Of a stretch of 64,000 nucleotides of DNA, positions 42,101 to 57,250 are shown piece after piece. The stretch's first letter is position 1; every line of letters starts with the position of its first letter. The position numbers and the translations under genes were made by a program. Under the pieces are notes generated by a model. It saw only the letters and a program-made list of their open reading frames with translations, ran no database searches and was not told the origin of the DNA. Origin of the DNA: Minutocellus sp. GHC0000111 (taxonomy: Eukaryota); assembly GCA_977018835.1 (NCBI GenBank), contig OZ361257.1:4712001-4776000 (forward strand). The letters run 5' to 3'.

Positions 42101-44475
42101 AGGACACTGCTCACCACATGCATTCCTTGCTGCTCTCACATGGCAATTAATGGAACGTAAGCTTTGGTAGAGATCAGGGTGCTCCTATGGTCAAATGTGA
42201 GTTGCTCCAGTTAGGAGCGCCATGGCTTTCCCAACGCTGCTGGCGACGCCCCCACCACCCACAAAGATGAGTGCTTTGGCTGCGGTGCAATCACTGGACA
42301 CTGCTCACCACATGCATTCCTTGCTGCTCTCACATGGCAATGAACGGAACATAAGCTTTGGTAGAGATCAGGGTGCTCCTAAGGTCAAATGTGAGTTGCT
42401 CCAGTTAGGAGCGCCCTGATTTTCCCAACGCTGCTGGCGACGCCCACACCACCCACAAAGATGAGTGCTTTGGCTGCAGTGCAATCACAGGACACTGCTC
42501 ACCACATGCATTCCTTGCTGCTCTCACATGGCAATGAATGGAACACAAGCTTTGGTAGAGATCAGGGTGCTCCTATGGTCAAATGTGAGTTGCCCCAGTT
42601 AGGAGCGCCCTAGTTGTCCCAACGCTTCTGCTGGCGATGCCCACGCCATCCAAAAAGATGAGTGCTTTGGCTGCAGTGCAATCACAGGACACTGCTCACC
42701 ACATGCATTTCTTGCTGCTCTCACATGGCAATGAATGGAGCATAAGCTTTGGTAGAGATCAGGGCACTCCTATGGTCAAACATGAGTTGCTCCAGTTAGG
42801 AGCGCCCTAGTTTTCCCAACGCTGCTGGCGACACCCACACCACCCACAAAGATGCGTGCTTTGGCTGCAGTGCAATCACAGGACACTGCTCAACACATGC
42901 ATTCCTTGCTGCTCTCACATGGCAATGAATGGAACATAAGCTTTGGTAGAGATCAGGGTGCTGCTATGGTCAAATGTGAGTTGCCCCAGTTAGGAGCGCC
43001 CTAGTTGTCCCAACGCTGCTGCTGGCGATGCCCACGCCACCAACATAGATGAGTGCTTTGGCTGCAGTGCAATCACTGGACACTGCTCACCACATGCATT
43101 TCTTGCGAGGAGCGCCCTGGCTTTCCTAACGCTGCTGGCGACCACACACCACCCACAAAGATGCGTGCTTTGGCTGCAGTGCAATCACTGGACACTGCTC
43201 ACCACATGCATTTCTTGCTGCTCTCACATGGCAATGAATGGAACATAAGCTTTGGTAGAGATCAGGGTGCTCCTATTGTTGATGTTAGTTGCTCCAGTTA
43301 GGAGCGCCCTGATTTTCCCAACGCTGCTGTTGACGCCCACACCACCCACAAAGATGAGTGCTTTGGCTGCAGTGCAATCACAGGACACTGCTCACCACAT
43401 GCATTCCTTGCTGCTCTCACATGGCAATGAATGGAACACAAGCTTTGGTAGAGATCAGGGTGCTCCTGTGGTCAAACATGGGTTGCTCCAGCAAGCAGCG
43501 CCCTGATTTTCCCAACACTGCTGGCGACACCCACACCACCCACAAAGATGAGTGCTTTGGCTGCAGTGCAACCACAGGACACTGCTCACCACATGCATTC
43601 CTTGCTGCTCTCACAAGGCAATGAATGGAACATAAGCTTTGGTAGAGATCAGGGTGCTCCTATGGTCAAATGTGAGTTGATCCAGTTAGGACAGCCCTAA
43701 CTTTCCCAACGCTGCTGGCGACGCCCACACCACCCACAAAGATGAGTGCTTTGGCTGCAGTGCAATCACAGGACACTGCTCACCACATGCATTTCTTGCT
43801 GCTCTCACATTGTAATGAATGGAGCATAAGCTTTGGTAGAGATCAGGGTGCTCCTATGGTCAAACATGAGTTGCTCCAGTTAGGAGCGCCCTAGCTTTCC
43901 CAACGCTGCTGGTGACGCCCACATCCCCCCCACAAAGATGCGTGCTCTGGCTGCAGTGCAACCACAGGACACTGCTCACCACATGCATTCCTTGCTGCTC
44001 TCACATGGCAATGAATGGAACATAAGCTTTGGTAGAGATCAGGGTGCTGCTATGGTCAAATATGAGTTGCTCCAGTAATTAGCGCCCTGCTTTTCCCAAC
44101 GCTGCTGGCGACGCCCACACCACCCACAAAGATGAGTGCTTTGGCTGCAGTGCAATCACAGGACACTGCTCACCACATGCATTCCTTGCTGCTCTCACAT
44201 GGCAATGAATGGAACATAAGCTTTGGTAGAGATCAGGGTGCTGCTATGGTCAAACATGAATTGCTCCAGTTAGGAGCGCCCTAGTTTTCCCAACGCTGCT
44301 GGCGACGCCCACACCACCCACAAAGATGCGTGCTTTGGCTGCAGTGCAATCACAGGACACTGCTCACCACATGCATTCCTTGCTGCTCTCACATGGCAAT
44401 GAATGGAACATAAGCTTTGGTAGAGATCAGGGTGCTCCTATTATTGATGTGAGTTGCTCCAGTTAGGAGCGCCCT
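15046..44475. repeat. Tandem duplication of a 14,715-bp satellite block (15046-29760 and 29761-44475)
   Basis: Identical ORF-track entries and rare variants recur at offset 14,715 (15153/29868, 20414/35129, 24451/39166, 28275/42990). A unique out-of-register junction lies at 29760/29761. Confidence 0.92.
21200..28300. repeat. 3,824-bp (~20-monomer, includes one 120-bp deletion monomer) higher-order repeat; re-duplicated at ~35900-43000
   Basis: Offsets 21455/25279, 22370/26194 and 23683/27507; marker GCCGAAGTACAATC at 23352/27176 and 38067/41891. Boundaries approximate. Confidence 0.8.
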
Positions 44476-47400
44476 AGTTTTCCCAACGCTGCTGGCGCCG
44501 CCCACACCACCCACAAAGATGCATGCCTTGGCTGCAGTGCAATCACAGGACACTGCTCACCACATGCATTCCTTGCTGCTCTCACATGGCAATGAATGGA
44601 ACATAAGCTTTGGTAGAGATCAGGGTGCTGCTATGGTCAAATGTGAGTTGCTCCAGTTAGGAGAGCACTGATTTTCCCAACACTGCTGGCTGGCGACTAA
44701 CCAACAACCCACAAAGATGAGTGCTTTGGCTGCAGTGCAATCACAGGACACTGCTCACCACATGCATTCCTTGCTGCTCTCACATGGCAATGAATGGAAC
44801 ATAAGCTTTGGTAGAGATCAGGGTGCTCCTATGGTCAAATGTGAGTTGCTCCAGTTTGGAGAGCACTGATTTTCCCAACGCTGCTTGCTGGCGACTCCCC
44901 AACAACCCACAAAGATGAGTGCTTTGGCTGCAGTGCAATCACAGGACACTGCTCACCACATGCATTCCTTGCTGCTCTCACATGGCAATGAATGGAACAT
45001 AAGCTTTGGTAGAGATCAGGGTGCTCCTATTATTGATGTGAGTTGCTCCAGTTAGGAGCGCCCTAGTTTTCCCAACGCTGCTGGCGACGCCCACAAAGAT
45101 GAGTGCTTTGGCTGCAGTGCAATCACAGGACACTGCTCACCACATGCATTCCTTGCTGCTCTCACATGGCAATGAAGGAACATAAGCTTTGGTAGAGATC
45201 AGGGTGCTCCTGTGGTGACAACTGAGTTGCTCCAGTTAGGAGCGCCCTAGTTTTCCCAATGCTGCTGGTGACGCCCACACCACCCACAAAGATGCATGCT
45301 TTGGCTGCAGTGCAATCACAGGACACTGCTCACCACATGCATTCCTTGCTGCTCTCACATGGCAATGAATGGAACATAAGCTTTGGTAGAGATCAGGGTG
45401 CTCCTATGGTCAAACATGAGTTGCTCCAGTTAGGAGAGCACTGATTTTCCCAACGCTGCTGGCTGGCGATTCCCCAACCACCCACAAAGATGCATGCTTT
45501 GGCTGCAGTGCAATCACAGGACACTGCTCACCACATGCATTCCTTGCTGCTCTCACATGGCAATGAATGGAACACAAGCTTTGGCAGAGATCAGGGCACT
45601 CCTATGGTCAAATGTGAGTTGCTCCAGATAGTACAGCCCTAGTTTTCCCAACGCTGCTGGCGACACCCACACCACCCACAAAGATGCGTGCTTTGGCTGC
45701 AGTGCAATCACAGGACACTGCTCACCACATGCATTCCTTGCTGCTCTCACATGGCAATGAATGGAACATAAGCTTTGGTAGAGATCAGGGTGCTGCTATG
45801 GTCAAATGTGAGTTGCTCCAGTTAGGACAGCCCTAGCTTTCCCAACGCTGCTGGCGACGCCCACACCACCCACAAAGATGCGTGCTTTGGCTGCAGTGCA
45901 ATCACAGGACACTGCTCACCACATGCATTCCTTGCTGCTCTCACATGGCAATGAATGGAACATAAGCTTTGGTAGAGATCAGGGTGCTGCTATGGTCAAA
46001 TATGAGTTGCTCCAGTTAGGACAGCCCTAACTTTCCCAACGCTGCTGGTGACGCCCACACCACCCACAAAGATGCGTGCTTTGGCTGCAGTGCAATCACA
46101 GGACACTGCTCAACACATGCATTCCTTGCTGCTCTCACATGGCAATGAATGGAACATAAGCTTTGGTAGAGATCAGGGTGCTCCTATTGTCAAATGTGAG
46201 TTGATCCAGTTAGGACAGCCCTAACTTTCCCAACGCTGCTGGCGACGCCCACACCACCCACAAAGATGCGTGCTTTGGCTGCAGTGCAATCACAGGACAC
46301 TGCTTAACACATGCATTCCTTGCTGCTCTCACATGGCAATGAATGGAACATAAGCTTTGGTAGAGATCAGGGTGCTCCTATTGTCAAATGTGAGTTGATC
46401 CAGTTAGGAGCGACCCCTAGCTTTCCCAACGCTGCTGGCGACACCCACACCAGCCACAAAGATGCGTGCTTTGGCTGCAGTGCAATCACAGGACACTGCT
46501 CAACACATGCATTCCTTGCTGCTCTCACATGGCAATGAATGGAACATAAGCTTTGGTAGAGATCAGGGTGCTCCTATGGTCAAATGTGAGTTGCCCCAGT
46601 TAGGAGCGCCCTAGTTTTCCCAACGCTGCTGCTGGCGATGCCCACGCCACCCACATAGATGAGTGCTTTGGCTGCAGTGCAATCACAGGACACTGCTCAC
46701 CACATGCATTTCTTGCGAGGAGCGCCCTGGCTTTCCTAACGCTGCTGGCGACCCCACACCACCCACAAAGATGCGTGCTTTGGCTGCAGTGCAATCACTG
46801 GACACTGCTCACCACATGCATTTCTTGCTGCTCTCACATTGTAATGAATGGAACATAAGCTTTGGTAGAGATCAGGGTGCTCCTATGGTCAAATGTGAGT
46901 TGCTCCAGTTAGGAGCGCCATAGCTTTCCCAACGCTGCTGGCGACGCCCACACCACCCACAAAGATGAGTGCTTTGGCTGCAGTGCAATCACAGGACACT
47001 GCTCACCACATGCATTCCTTGCTGCTCTCACATGGCAATGAATGGAACATAAGCTTTGGTAGAGATCAGGGTGCTCCTATGGTCAAATGTGAGTTGCTCC
47101 AGTTAGGAGCGCCCCCTAGCTTTCCCAACGCTGCTGGCGACACCCACACCACCCACAAAGATGCGTGCTTTGGCTGCAGTGCAATCACAGGACACTGCTC
47201 ACCACATGCATTCCTTGCTGCTCTCACATGGCAATGAATGGAACATAAGCTTTGGTAGAGATCAGGGTGCTGCCATGGTCAAATATGAGTTGCTCCAGTT
47301 AGGAGCGCCCTAGCTTTCCCAACGCTGCTGGCGACGCCCACACCACCCACAAAGATGCGTGCTTTGGCTGCAGTGCAATCACTGGACACTGCTCACCACA

Positions 47401-50400
47401 TGCATTCGTTGCTGCTCTCACATGGCAATGAATGGAACACAAGCTTTGGTAGAGATAAGGGTGCTCCTGTGGTCAAACATGGGTTGCTCCAGCAAGCAGC
47501 GCCCTGATTTTCCCAACGCTGCTGGCGACGCCCACACCACCCACAAAGATGAGTGCTTTGGCTGCAGTGCAATCACTGGACACTGCTCACCACATGCATT
47601 CCTTGCTGCTCTCACATGGCAATGAATGGAACATAAGCTTTGGTAGATATCAGGGTGCTCCTATGGTCAAATGTGAGTTGCTCTAGTTAGGAGCGCCCTG
47701 CTTTTCCCAACGCTGCTGGCGACGCCCACACCACCCACAAAGATGAGTGCTTTGGCTGCAGTGCAATCACAGGACACTGCTCACCACATGCATTCGTTGC
47801 TGCTCTCACATGGCAATGAATGGAACATAAGCTTTGGAAGAGATCAGGGTGCTGCTATGGTCAAACATGAATTGCTCCAGTTAGGAGCGCCCTAGATAGT
47901 TTGTCCAACGCTGCTGGCGACGCCCCCACCACCCACAAAGATGAGTGCTTTGGCTGCAGTGCAATCACAGGACACTGCTCAACACATGCATTCCTTGCTG
48001 CTCTCACATGGCAATGAATGGAACATAAGCTTTGGTAGATATCAGGGTGCTCCTATGGTCAAATGTGAGTTGCTCTAGTTAGGAGCGCCCTGCTTTTCCC
48101 AACGCTGCTGGCGACGCCCACACCACCCACAAAGATGAGTGCTTTGGCTGCAGTGCAATCACAGGACACTGCTCACCACATGCATTCGTTGCTGCTCTCA
48201 CATGGCAATGAATGGAACATAAGCTTTGGTAGAGATCAGGGTGCTGCTATGGTCAAACATGAATTGCTCCAGTTAGGAGCGCAATAGTTTTCCCAACGAT
48301 GCTGGCGACGCCCACACCACCCACAAAGATGAGTGCTTTGGCTGCAGTGCAATCACAGGACACTGCTCACCACATGCATTCCTTGCTGCTCTCACATGGC
48401 AATGAATGGAACATAAGCTTTGGTAGAGATCAGGGTGCTCCTATGGTCAAACATGAATTGCTCCAGTTAGGAGCGCCCTAGATAGTTTGTCCAACGCTGC
48501 TGGCGACGCCCCCACCACCCACAAAGATGAGTGCTTTGGCTGCAGTGCAATCACAGGACACTGCTCAACACATGCATTCGTTGCTGATCTCACATGGCAA
48601 TGAATGGAACATAAGCTTTGGAAGAGATCAGGGTGCTGCTATGGTCAAACATGAATTGCTCCAGTTAGGAGCGCCCTAGATAGTTTGTCCAACGCTGCTG
48701 GCGACGCCCACACCACCCACAAAGATGAGTGCTTTGGCTGCAGTGCAATCACAGGACACTGCTCAACACATGCATTCCTTGCTGCTCTCACATGGCAATG
48801 AATGGAACATAAGCTTTGGTAGAGATCAGGGTGCTCCTATGGTCAAATGTGAGTTGATCCAGTTAGGACAGCCCTAACTTTCCCAACGCTGCTGGCGACG
48901 CCCACACCACCCACAAAGATGCGTGCTTTGGCTGCAGTGCAATCACTGGACACTGCTCACCACATGCATTCGTTGCTGCTCTCACATGGCAATGAATGGA
49001 ACACAAGCTTTGGTAGAGATAAGGGTGCTCCTGTGGTCAAACATGGGTTGCTCCAGCAAGCAGCGCCCTGATTTTCCCAACGCTGCTGGCGACGCCCACA
49101 CCACCCACAAAGATGCGTGCTTTGGCTGCAGTGCAATCACTGGACACTGCTCACCACATGCATTCCTTGCTGCTCTCACATGGCAATGAATGGAACATAA
49201 GCTTTGGTAGAGATCAGGGTGCTGCCATGGTCAAATATGAGTTGCTCCAGTTAGGAGCGCCCTAGCTTTCCCAACGCTGCTGGCGACGCCCACACCACCC
49301 ACAAAGATGCGTGCTTTGGCTGCAGTGCAATCACTGGACACTGCTCACCACATGCATTCGTTGCTGCTCTCACATGGCAATGAATGGAACACAAGCTTTG
49401 GTAGAGATAAGGGTGCTCCTGTGGTCAAACATGGGTTGCTCCAGCAAGCAGCGCCCTGATTTTCCCAACGCTGCTGGCGACGCCCACACCACCCACAAAG
49501 ATGAGTGCTTTGGCTGCAGTGCAATCACTGGACACTGCTCACCACATGCATTCCTTGCTGCTCTCACATGGCAATGAATGGAACATAAGCTTTGGTAGAT
49601 ATCAGGGTGCTCCTATGGTCAAATGTGAGTTGCTCTAGTTAGGAGCGCCCTAGCTTTCCCAACGCTGCTGGTGACGCCCACACCACCCACAAAGATACGT
49701 GCTTTGGCTGCAGTGCAATCACAAGACACTGCTCACCACATGCATTCCTTGCTGCTCTCACATGGCAATGAATGGAACATAAGCTTTGGTAGAGATCAGG
49801 GTGCTGCTATGGTCAAATGTGAGTTGCTCCGGTTAGGAGCGCCCTAGCTTTCCCAACGCTGCTGGCGACGCCCACACCACCCACAAAGATGAGTGCTTTG
49901 GCCGAAGTACAATCACTGGACACTGCTCACCACATGCATTCCTTGCTGCTCTCACATGGCAATGAATGGAACAGAAGCTTTGGTAGAGATCAGGGTGCTG
50001 CCATGGTCAAATATGAGTTGCTCCAGTTAGGACAGCCCTAACTTCCCCAACGCTGCTGGCGACACCCACACCACCCACAAAGATGCGTGCTTTGGCTGCA
50101 GTGCAATCACAGGACACTGCTCACCACATGCATTCCTTGCTGCTCTCACATGGCAATTAATGGAACGTAAGCTTTGGTAGAGATCAGGGTGCTCCTATGG
50201 TCAAATGTGAGTTGCTCCAGTTAGGAGCGCCATGGCTTTCCCAACGCTGCTGGCGACACCCCCACCACCCACAAAGATGAGTGCTTTGGCTGCGGTGCAA
50301 TCACTGGACACTGCTCACCACATGCATTCCTTGCTGCTCTCACATGGCAATGAACGGAACATAAGCTTTGGTAGAGATCAGGGTGCTCCTAAGGTCAAAT

Positions 50401-52999
50401 GTGAGTTGCTCCAGTTAGGAGCGCCCTGATTTTCCCAACGCTGCTGGCGACGCCCACACCACCCACAAAGATGAGTGCTTTGGCTGCAGTGCAATCACAG
50501 GACACTGCTCACCACATGCATTCCTTGCTGCTCTCACATGGCAATGAATGGAACACAAGCTTTGGTAGAGATCAGGGTGCTCCTGTGGTCAAACATGGGT
50601 TGCTCCAGCAAGCAGCGCCCTGATTTTCCCAACGCTGCTGGCGACACCCACACCACCCACAAAGATGAGTGCTTTGGCTGCAGTGCAACCACAGGACACT
50701 GCTCACCACATGCATTCCTTGCTGCTCTCACAAGGCAATGAATGGAACATAAGCTTTGGTAGAGATCAGGGTGCTCCTATGGTCAAATGTGAGTTGATCC
50801 AGTTAGGACAGCCCTAACTTTCCCAACGCTGCTGGCGACGCCCACACCACCCACAAAGATGCGTGCTTTGGCTGCAGTGCAATCACTGGACACTGCTCAA
50901 CACATGCATTCCTTGCTGCTCTCACATGGCAATGAATGGAACATAAGCTTTGGTAGAGATCAGGGTGCTGCTATGGTCACATGTGAGTTGCCCCAGTTAG
51001 GAGCGCCCTAGTTGTCCCAACGCTTCTGCTGGCGATGCCCACGCCATCCAAAAAGATGAGTGCTTTGGCTGCAGTGCAATCACAGGACACTGCTCACCAC
51101 ATGCATTTCTTGCTGCTCTCACATGGCAATGAATGGAGCATAAGCTTTGGTAGAGATCAGGGCACTCCTATGGTCAAACATGAGTTGCTCCAGTTAGGAG
51201 CGCCCTAGTTTTCCCAACGCTGCTGGCGACACCCACACCACCCACAAAGATGCGTGCTTTGGCTGCAGTGCAATCACAGGACACTGCTCAACACATGCAT
51301 TCCTTGCTGCTCTCACATGGCAATGAATGGAACATAAGCTTTGGTAGAGATCAGGGTGCTGCTATGGTCACATGTGAGTTGCCCCAGTTAGGAGCGCCCT
51401 AGTTGTCCCAACGCTGCTGCTGGCGATGCCCACGCCACCAACATAGATGAGTGCTTTGGCTGCAGTGCAATCACTGGACACTGCTCACCACATGCATTTC
51501 TTGCGAGGAGCGCCCTGGCTTTCCTAACGCTGCTGGCGACCACACACCACCCACAAAGATGCGTGCTTTGGCTGCAGTGCAATCACTGGACACTGCTCAC
51601 CACATGCATTTCTTGCTGCTCTCACATGGCAATGAATGGAACATAAGCTTTGGTAGAGATCAGGGTGCTCCTATTATTGATGTAAGTTGCTCCAGTTAGG
51701 AGCGCCCTAGTTTTCCCAACGCTGCTGGCGACGCCCACACCACCCACAAAGATGCGTGCTTTGGCTGCAGTGCAATCACAGGACACTGCTCACCACATGC
51801 ATTCCTTTCTGCTCTCACATGGCAATGAATGGAACATAAGCTTTGGTAGAGATCAGGGTGCTGCTATGGTCAAATGTGAGTTGCTCCAGTAAGGAGCGCC
51901 CTGCTTTTCCCAACGCTGCTGGCGACGCCCACACCACCCACAAAGATGCGTGCTTTGGCTGCAGTGCAATCACAGGACACTGCTCACCACATGCATTCCT
52001 TGCTGCTCTCACATGGCAATGAATGGAACATAAACTTTGGTAGAGATCAGGGTGCTCCTATGGTCAAATGTGAGTTGCTCCAGTTAGGAGCGCCCTGATT
52101 TTCCCAACGCTGCTGGCGACGCCCACACCACCCACAAAGATGCGTGCTTTGGCTGCAGTGCAATCACAGGACACTGCTCACCACATGCATTCTTTGCTGC
52201 TCTCACATGGCAATGAATGGAACATAAGCTTTGGTAGAGATCAGGGTGCTCCTATTATTGATGTAAGTTGCTCCAGTTAGGAGCGCCCTAGTTTTCCCAA
52301 CGCTGCTGGCGACGCCCACACCACCCACAAAGATGCGTGCTTTGGCTGCAGTGCAATCACAGGACACTGCTCACCACATGCATTCCTTGCTGCTCTCACA
52401 TGGCAATGAATGGAACATAAACTTTGGTAGAGATCAGGGTGCTCCTATGGTCAAATGTGAGTTGCTCCAGTTAGGAGCGCCCTGATTTTCCCAACGCTGC
52501 TGGCGACAACCACGCCACCCACAAAGATGAGTGCTTTGGCTGCAGTGCAATCACAGGACACTGCTCACCACATGCATTTCTTGCTGCTCTCACATTGTAA
52601 TGAATGGAGCATAAGCTTTGGTAGAGATCAGGGTGCTCCTATGGTCAAACATGAGTTGCTCCAGTTAGGAGCGCCCTAGCTTTCCCAACGCTGCTGGTGA
52701 CGCCCACATCCCCCCCACAAAGATGCGTGCTCTGGCTGCAGTGCAACCACAGGACACTGCTCACCACATGCATTCCTTGCTGCTCTCACATGGCAATGAA
52801 TGGAACATAAGCTTTGGTAGAGATCAGGGTGCTGCTATGGTCAAATATGAGTTGCTCCAGTAATTAGCGCCCTGCTTTTCCCAACGCTGCTGGCGACGCC
52901 CACACCACCCACAAAGATGAGTGCTTTGGCTGCAGTGCAATCACAGGACACTGCTCACCACATGCATTCCTTGCTGCTCTCACATGGCAATGAATGGAA

Positions 53000-55900
53000 C
53001 ATAAGCTTTGGTAGAGATCAGGGTGCTGCTATGGTCAAACATGAATTGCTCCAGTTAGGAGCGCCCTAGTTTTCCCAACGCTGCTGGCGACGCCCACACC
53101 ACCCACAAAGATGCGTGCTTTGGCTGCAGTGCAATCACAGGACACTGCTCACCACATGCATTCCTTTCTGCTCTCACATGGCAATGAATGGAACATAAGC
53201 TTTGGTAGAGATCAGGGTGCTGCTATGGTCAAATGTGAGTTGCTCCAGTAAGGAGCGCCCTGCTTTTCCCAACGCTGCTGGCGACGCCCACACCACCCAC
53301 AAAGATGCGTGCTTTGGCTGCAGTGCAATCACAGGACACTGCTCACCACATGCATTCCTTGCTGCTCTCACATGGCAATGAATGGAACATAAGCTTTGGT
53401 AGAGATCAGGGTGCTCCTATGGTCAAATGTGAGTTGCTCCAGTTAGGAGCGCCCTGATTTTCCCAACGCTGCTGGCGACGCCCACACCACCCACAAAGAT
53501 GCGTGCTTTGGCTGCAGTGCAATCACAGGACACTGCTCACCACATGCATTCTTTGCTGCTCTCACATGGCAATGAATGGAACATAAGCTTTGGTAGAGAT
53601 CAGGGTGCTCCTATTATTGATGTAAGTTGCTCCAGTTAGGAGCGCCCTAGTTTTCCCAACGCTGCTGGCGACGCCCACACCACCCACAAAGATGCGTGCT
53701 TTGGCTGCAGTGCAATCACAGGACACTGCTCACCACATGCATTTCTTGCTGCTCTCACATTGTAATGAATGGAGCATAAGCTTTGGTAGAGATCAGGGTG
53801 CTCCTATGGTCAAACATGAGTTGCTCCAGTTAGGAGCGCCCTAGCTTTCCCAACGCTGCTGGTGACGCCCACATCCCCCCCACAAAGATGCGTGCTCTGG
53901 CTGCAGTGCAACCACAGGACACTGCTCACCACATGCATTCCTTGCTGCTCTCACATGGCAATGAATGGAACATAAGCTTTGGTAGAGATCAGGGTGCTGC
54001 TATGGTCAAATATGAGTTGCTCCAGTAATTAGCGCCCTGCTTTTCCCAACGCTGCTGGCGACGCCCACACCACCCACAAAGATGAGTGCTTTGGCTGCAG
54101 TGCAATCACAGGACACTGCTCACCACATGCATTCCTTGCTGCTCTCACATGGCAATGAATGGAACATAAGCTTTGGTAGAGATCAGGGTGCTCCTATGGT
54201 CAAATGTGAGTTGCTCCAGTTTGGAGAGCACTGATTTTCCCAACGCTGCTTGCTGGCGACTCCCCAACAACCCACAAAGATGAGTGCTTTGGCTGCAGTG
54301 CAATCACAGGACACTGCTCACCACATGCATTCCTTGCTGCTCTCACATGGCAATGAATGGAACACATGCTTTGGCAGAGATCAGGGCACTCCTATGGTCA
54401 AATGTGAGTTGCTCCAGATAGTACAGCCCTAGTTTTCCCAACGCTGCTGGCGACACCCACACCACCCACAAAGATGCGTGCTTTGGCTGCAGTGCAATCA
54501 CTGGACACTGCTCACCACATGCATTCCTTGCTGCTCTCACATGGCAATGAATGGAACATAAGCTTTGGTAGAGATCAGGGTGCTCCTATTGTCAAATGTG
54601 AGTTGATCCAGTTAGGACAGCCCTAACTTTCCCAACGCTGCTGGCGACGCCCACACCACCCACAAAGATGCGTGCTTTGGCTGCAGTGCAATCACAGGAC
54701 ACTGCTCAACACATGCATTCCTTGCTGCTCTCACATGGCAATGAATGGAACATAAGCTTTGGTAGAGATCAGGGTGCTCCTATTGTCAAATGTGAGTTGA
54801 TCCAGTTAGGAGCGACCCCTAGCTTTCCCAACGCTGCTGGCGACACCCACACCAGCCACAAAGATGCGTGCTTTGGCTGCAGTGCAATCACAGGACACTG
54901 CTCAACACATGCATTCCTTGCTGCTCTCACATGGCAATGAATGGAACATAAGCTTTGGTAGAGATCAGGGTGCTCCTATGGTCAAATGTGAGTTGCCCCA
55001 GTTAGGAGCGCCCTAGTTGTCCCAACGCTGCTGCTGGCGATGCCCACGCCACCCACATAGATGAGTGCTTTGGCTGCAGTGCAATCACAGGACACTGCTC
55101 ACCACATGCATTCCTTGCTGCTCTCACATGGCAATGAATGGAACATAAGCTTTGGTAGAGATCAGGGTGCTGCTATGGTCAAACATGAATTGCTCCAGTT
55201 AGGAGCGCCCTAGTTTTCCCAACGCTGCTGGCGACGCCCACACCACCCACAAAGATGCGTGCTTTGGCTGCAGTGCAATCACAGGACACTGCTCACCACA
55301 TGCATTCCTTTCTGCTCTCACATGGCAATGAATGGAACATAAGCTTTGGTAGAGATCAGGGTGCTGCTATGGTCAAATGTGAGTTGCTCCAGTAAGGAGC
55401 GCCCTGCTTTTCCCAACGCTGCTGGCGACGCCCACACCACCCACAAAGATGCGTGCTTTGGCTGCAGTGCAATCACAGGACACTGCTCACCACATGCATT
55501 CCTTGCTGCTCTCACATGGCAATGAATGGAACATAAGCTTTGGTAGAGATCAGGGTGCTCCTATGGTCAAATGTGAGTTGCTCCAGTTAGGAGCGCCCTG
55601 ATTTTCCCAACGCTGCTGGCGACGCCCACACCACCCACAAAGATGCGTGCTTTGGCTGCAGTGCAATCACAGGACACTGCTCACCACATGCATTCTTTGC
55701 TGCTCTCACATGGCAATGAATGGAACATAAGCTTTGGTAGAGATCAGGGTGCTCCTATTATTGATGTAAGTTGCTCCAGTTAGGAGCGCCCTAGTTTTCC
55801 CAACGCTGCTGGCGACGCCCACACCACCCACAAAGATGCGTGCTTTGGCTGCAGTGCAATCACAGGACACTGCTCACCACATGCATTCCTTGCTGCTCTC

Positions 55901-57250
55901 ACATGGCAATGAATGGAACATAAGCTTTGGTAGAGATCAGGGTGCTCCTATTATTGATGTGAGTTGCTCCAGTTAGGAGCGCCCTAGTTTTCCCAACGCT
56001 GCTGGCGCCGCCCACACCACCCACAAAGATGCATGCCTTGGCTGCAGTGCAATCACAGGACACTGCTCACCACATGCATTCCTTGCTGCTCTCACATGGC
56101 AATGAATGGAACATAAGCTTTGGTAGAGATCAGGGTGCTGCTATGGTCAAATGTGAGTTGCTCCAGTTAGGAGAGCACTGATTTTCCCAACACTGCTGGC
56201 TGGCGACTAACCAACAACCCACAAAGATGAGTGCTTTGGCTGCAGTGCAATCACAGGACACTGCTCACCACATGCATTCCTTGCTGCTCTCACATGGCAA
56301 TGAATGGAACATAAGCTTTGGTAGAGATCAGGGTGCTCCTATGGTCAAATGTGAGTTGCTCCAGTTTGGAGAGCACTGATTTTCCCAACGCTGCTTGCTG
56401 GCGACTCCCCAACAACCCACAAAGATGAGTGCTTTGGCTGCAGTGCAATCACAGGACACTGCTCACCACATGCATTCCTTGCTGCTCTCACATGGCAATG
56501 AATGGAACACATGCTTTGGCAGAGATCAGGGCACTCCTATGGTCAAATGTGAGTTGCTCCAGATAGTACAGCCCTAGTTTTCCCAACGCTGCTGGCGACA
56601 CCCACACCACCCACAAAGATGCGTGCTTTGGCTGCAGTGCAATCACTGGACACTGCTCACCACATGCATTCCTTGCTGCTCTCACATGGCAATGAATGGA
56701 ACATAAGCTTTGGTAGAGATCAGGGTGCTCCTATTGTCAAATGTGAGTTGATCCAGTTAGGACAGCCCTAACTTTCCCAACGCTGCTGGCGACGCCCACA
56801 CCACCCACAAAGATGCGTGCTTTGGCTGCAGTGCAATCACAGGACACTGCTCAACACATGCATTCCTTGCTGCTCTCACATGGCAATGAATGGAACATAA
56901 GCTTTGGTAGAGATCAGGGTGCTCCTATTGTCAAATGTGAGTTGATCCAGTTAGGAGCGACCCCTAGCTTTCCCAACGCTGCTGGCGACACCCACACCAG
57001 CCACAAAGATGCGTGCTTTGGCTGCAGTGCAATCACAGGACACTGCTCAACACATGCATTCCTTGCTGCTCTCACATGGCAATGAATGGAACATAAGCTT
57101 TGGTAGAGATCAGGGTGCTCCTATGGTCAAATGTGAGTTGCCCCAGTTAGGAGCGCCCTAGTTGTCCCAACGCTGCTGCTGGCGATGCCCACGCCACCCA
57201 CATAGATGAGTGCTTTGGCTGCAGTGCAATCACAGGACACTGCTCACCAC
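53000..57250. repeat. ~2,145-bp (11-monomer) imperfect higher-order repeat near the retrotransposon
   Basis: Offsets 53174/55318, 54250/56395 and 54668/56813. Internal monomers are partly replaced; boundaries approximate. Confidence 0.7.
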
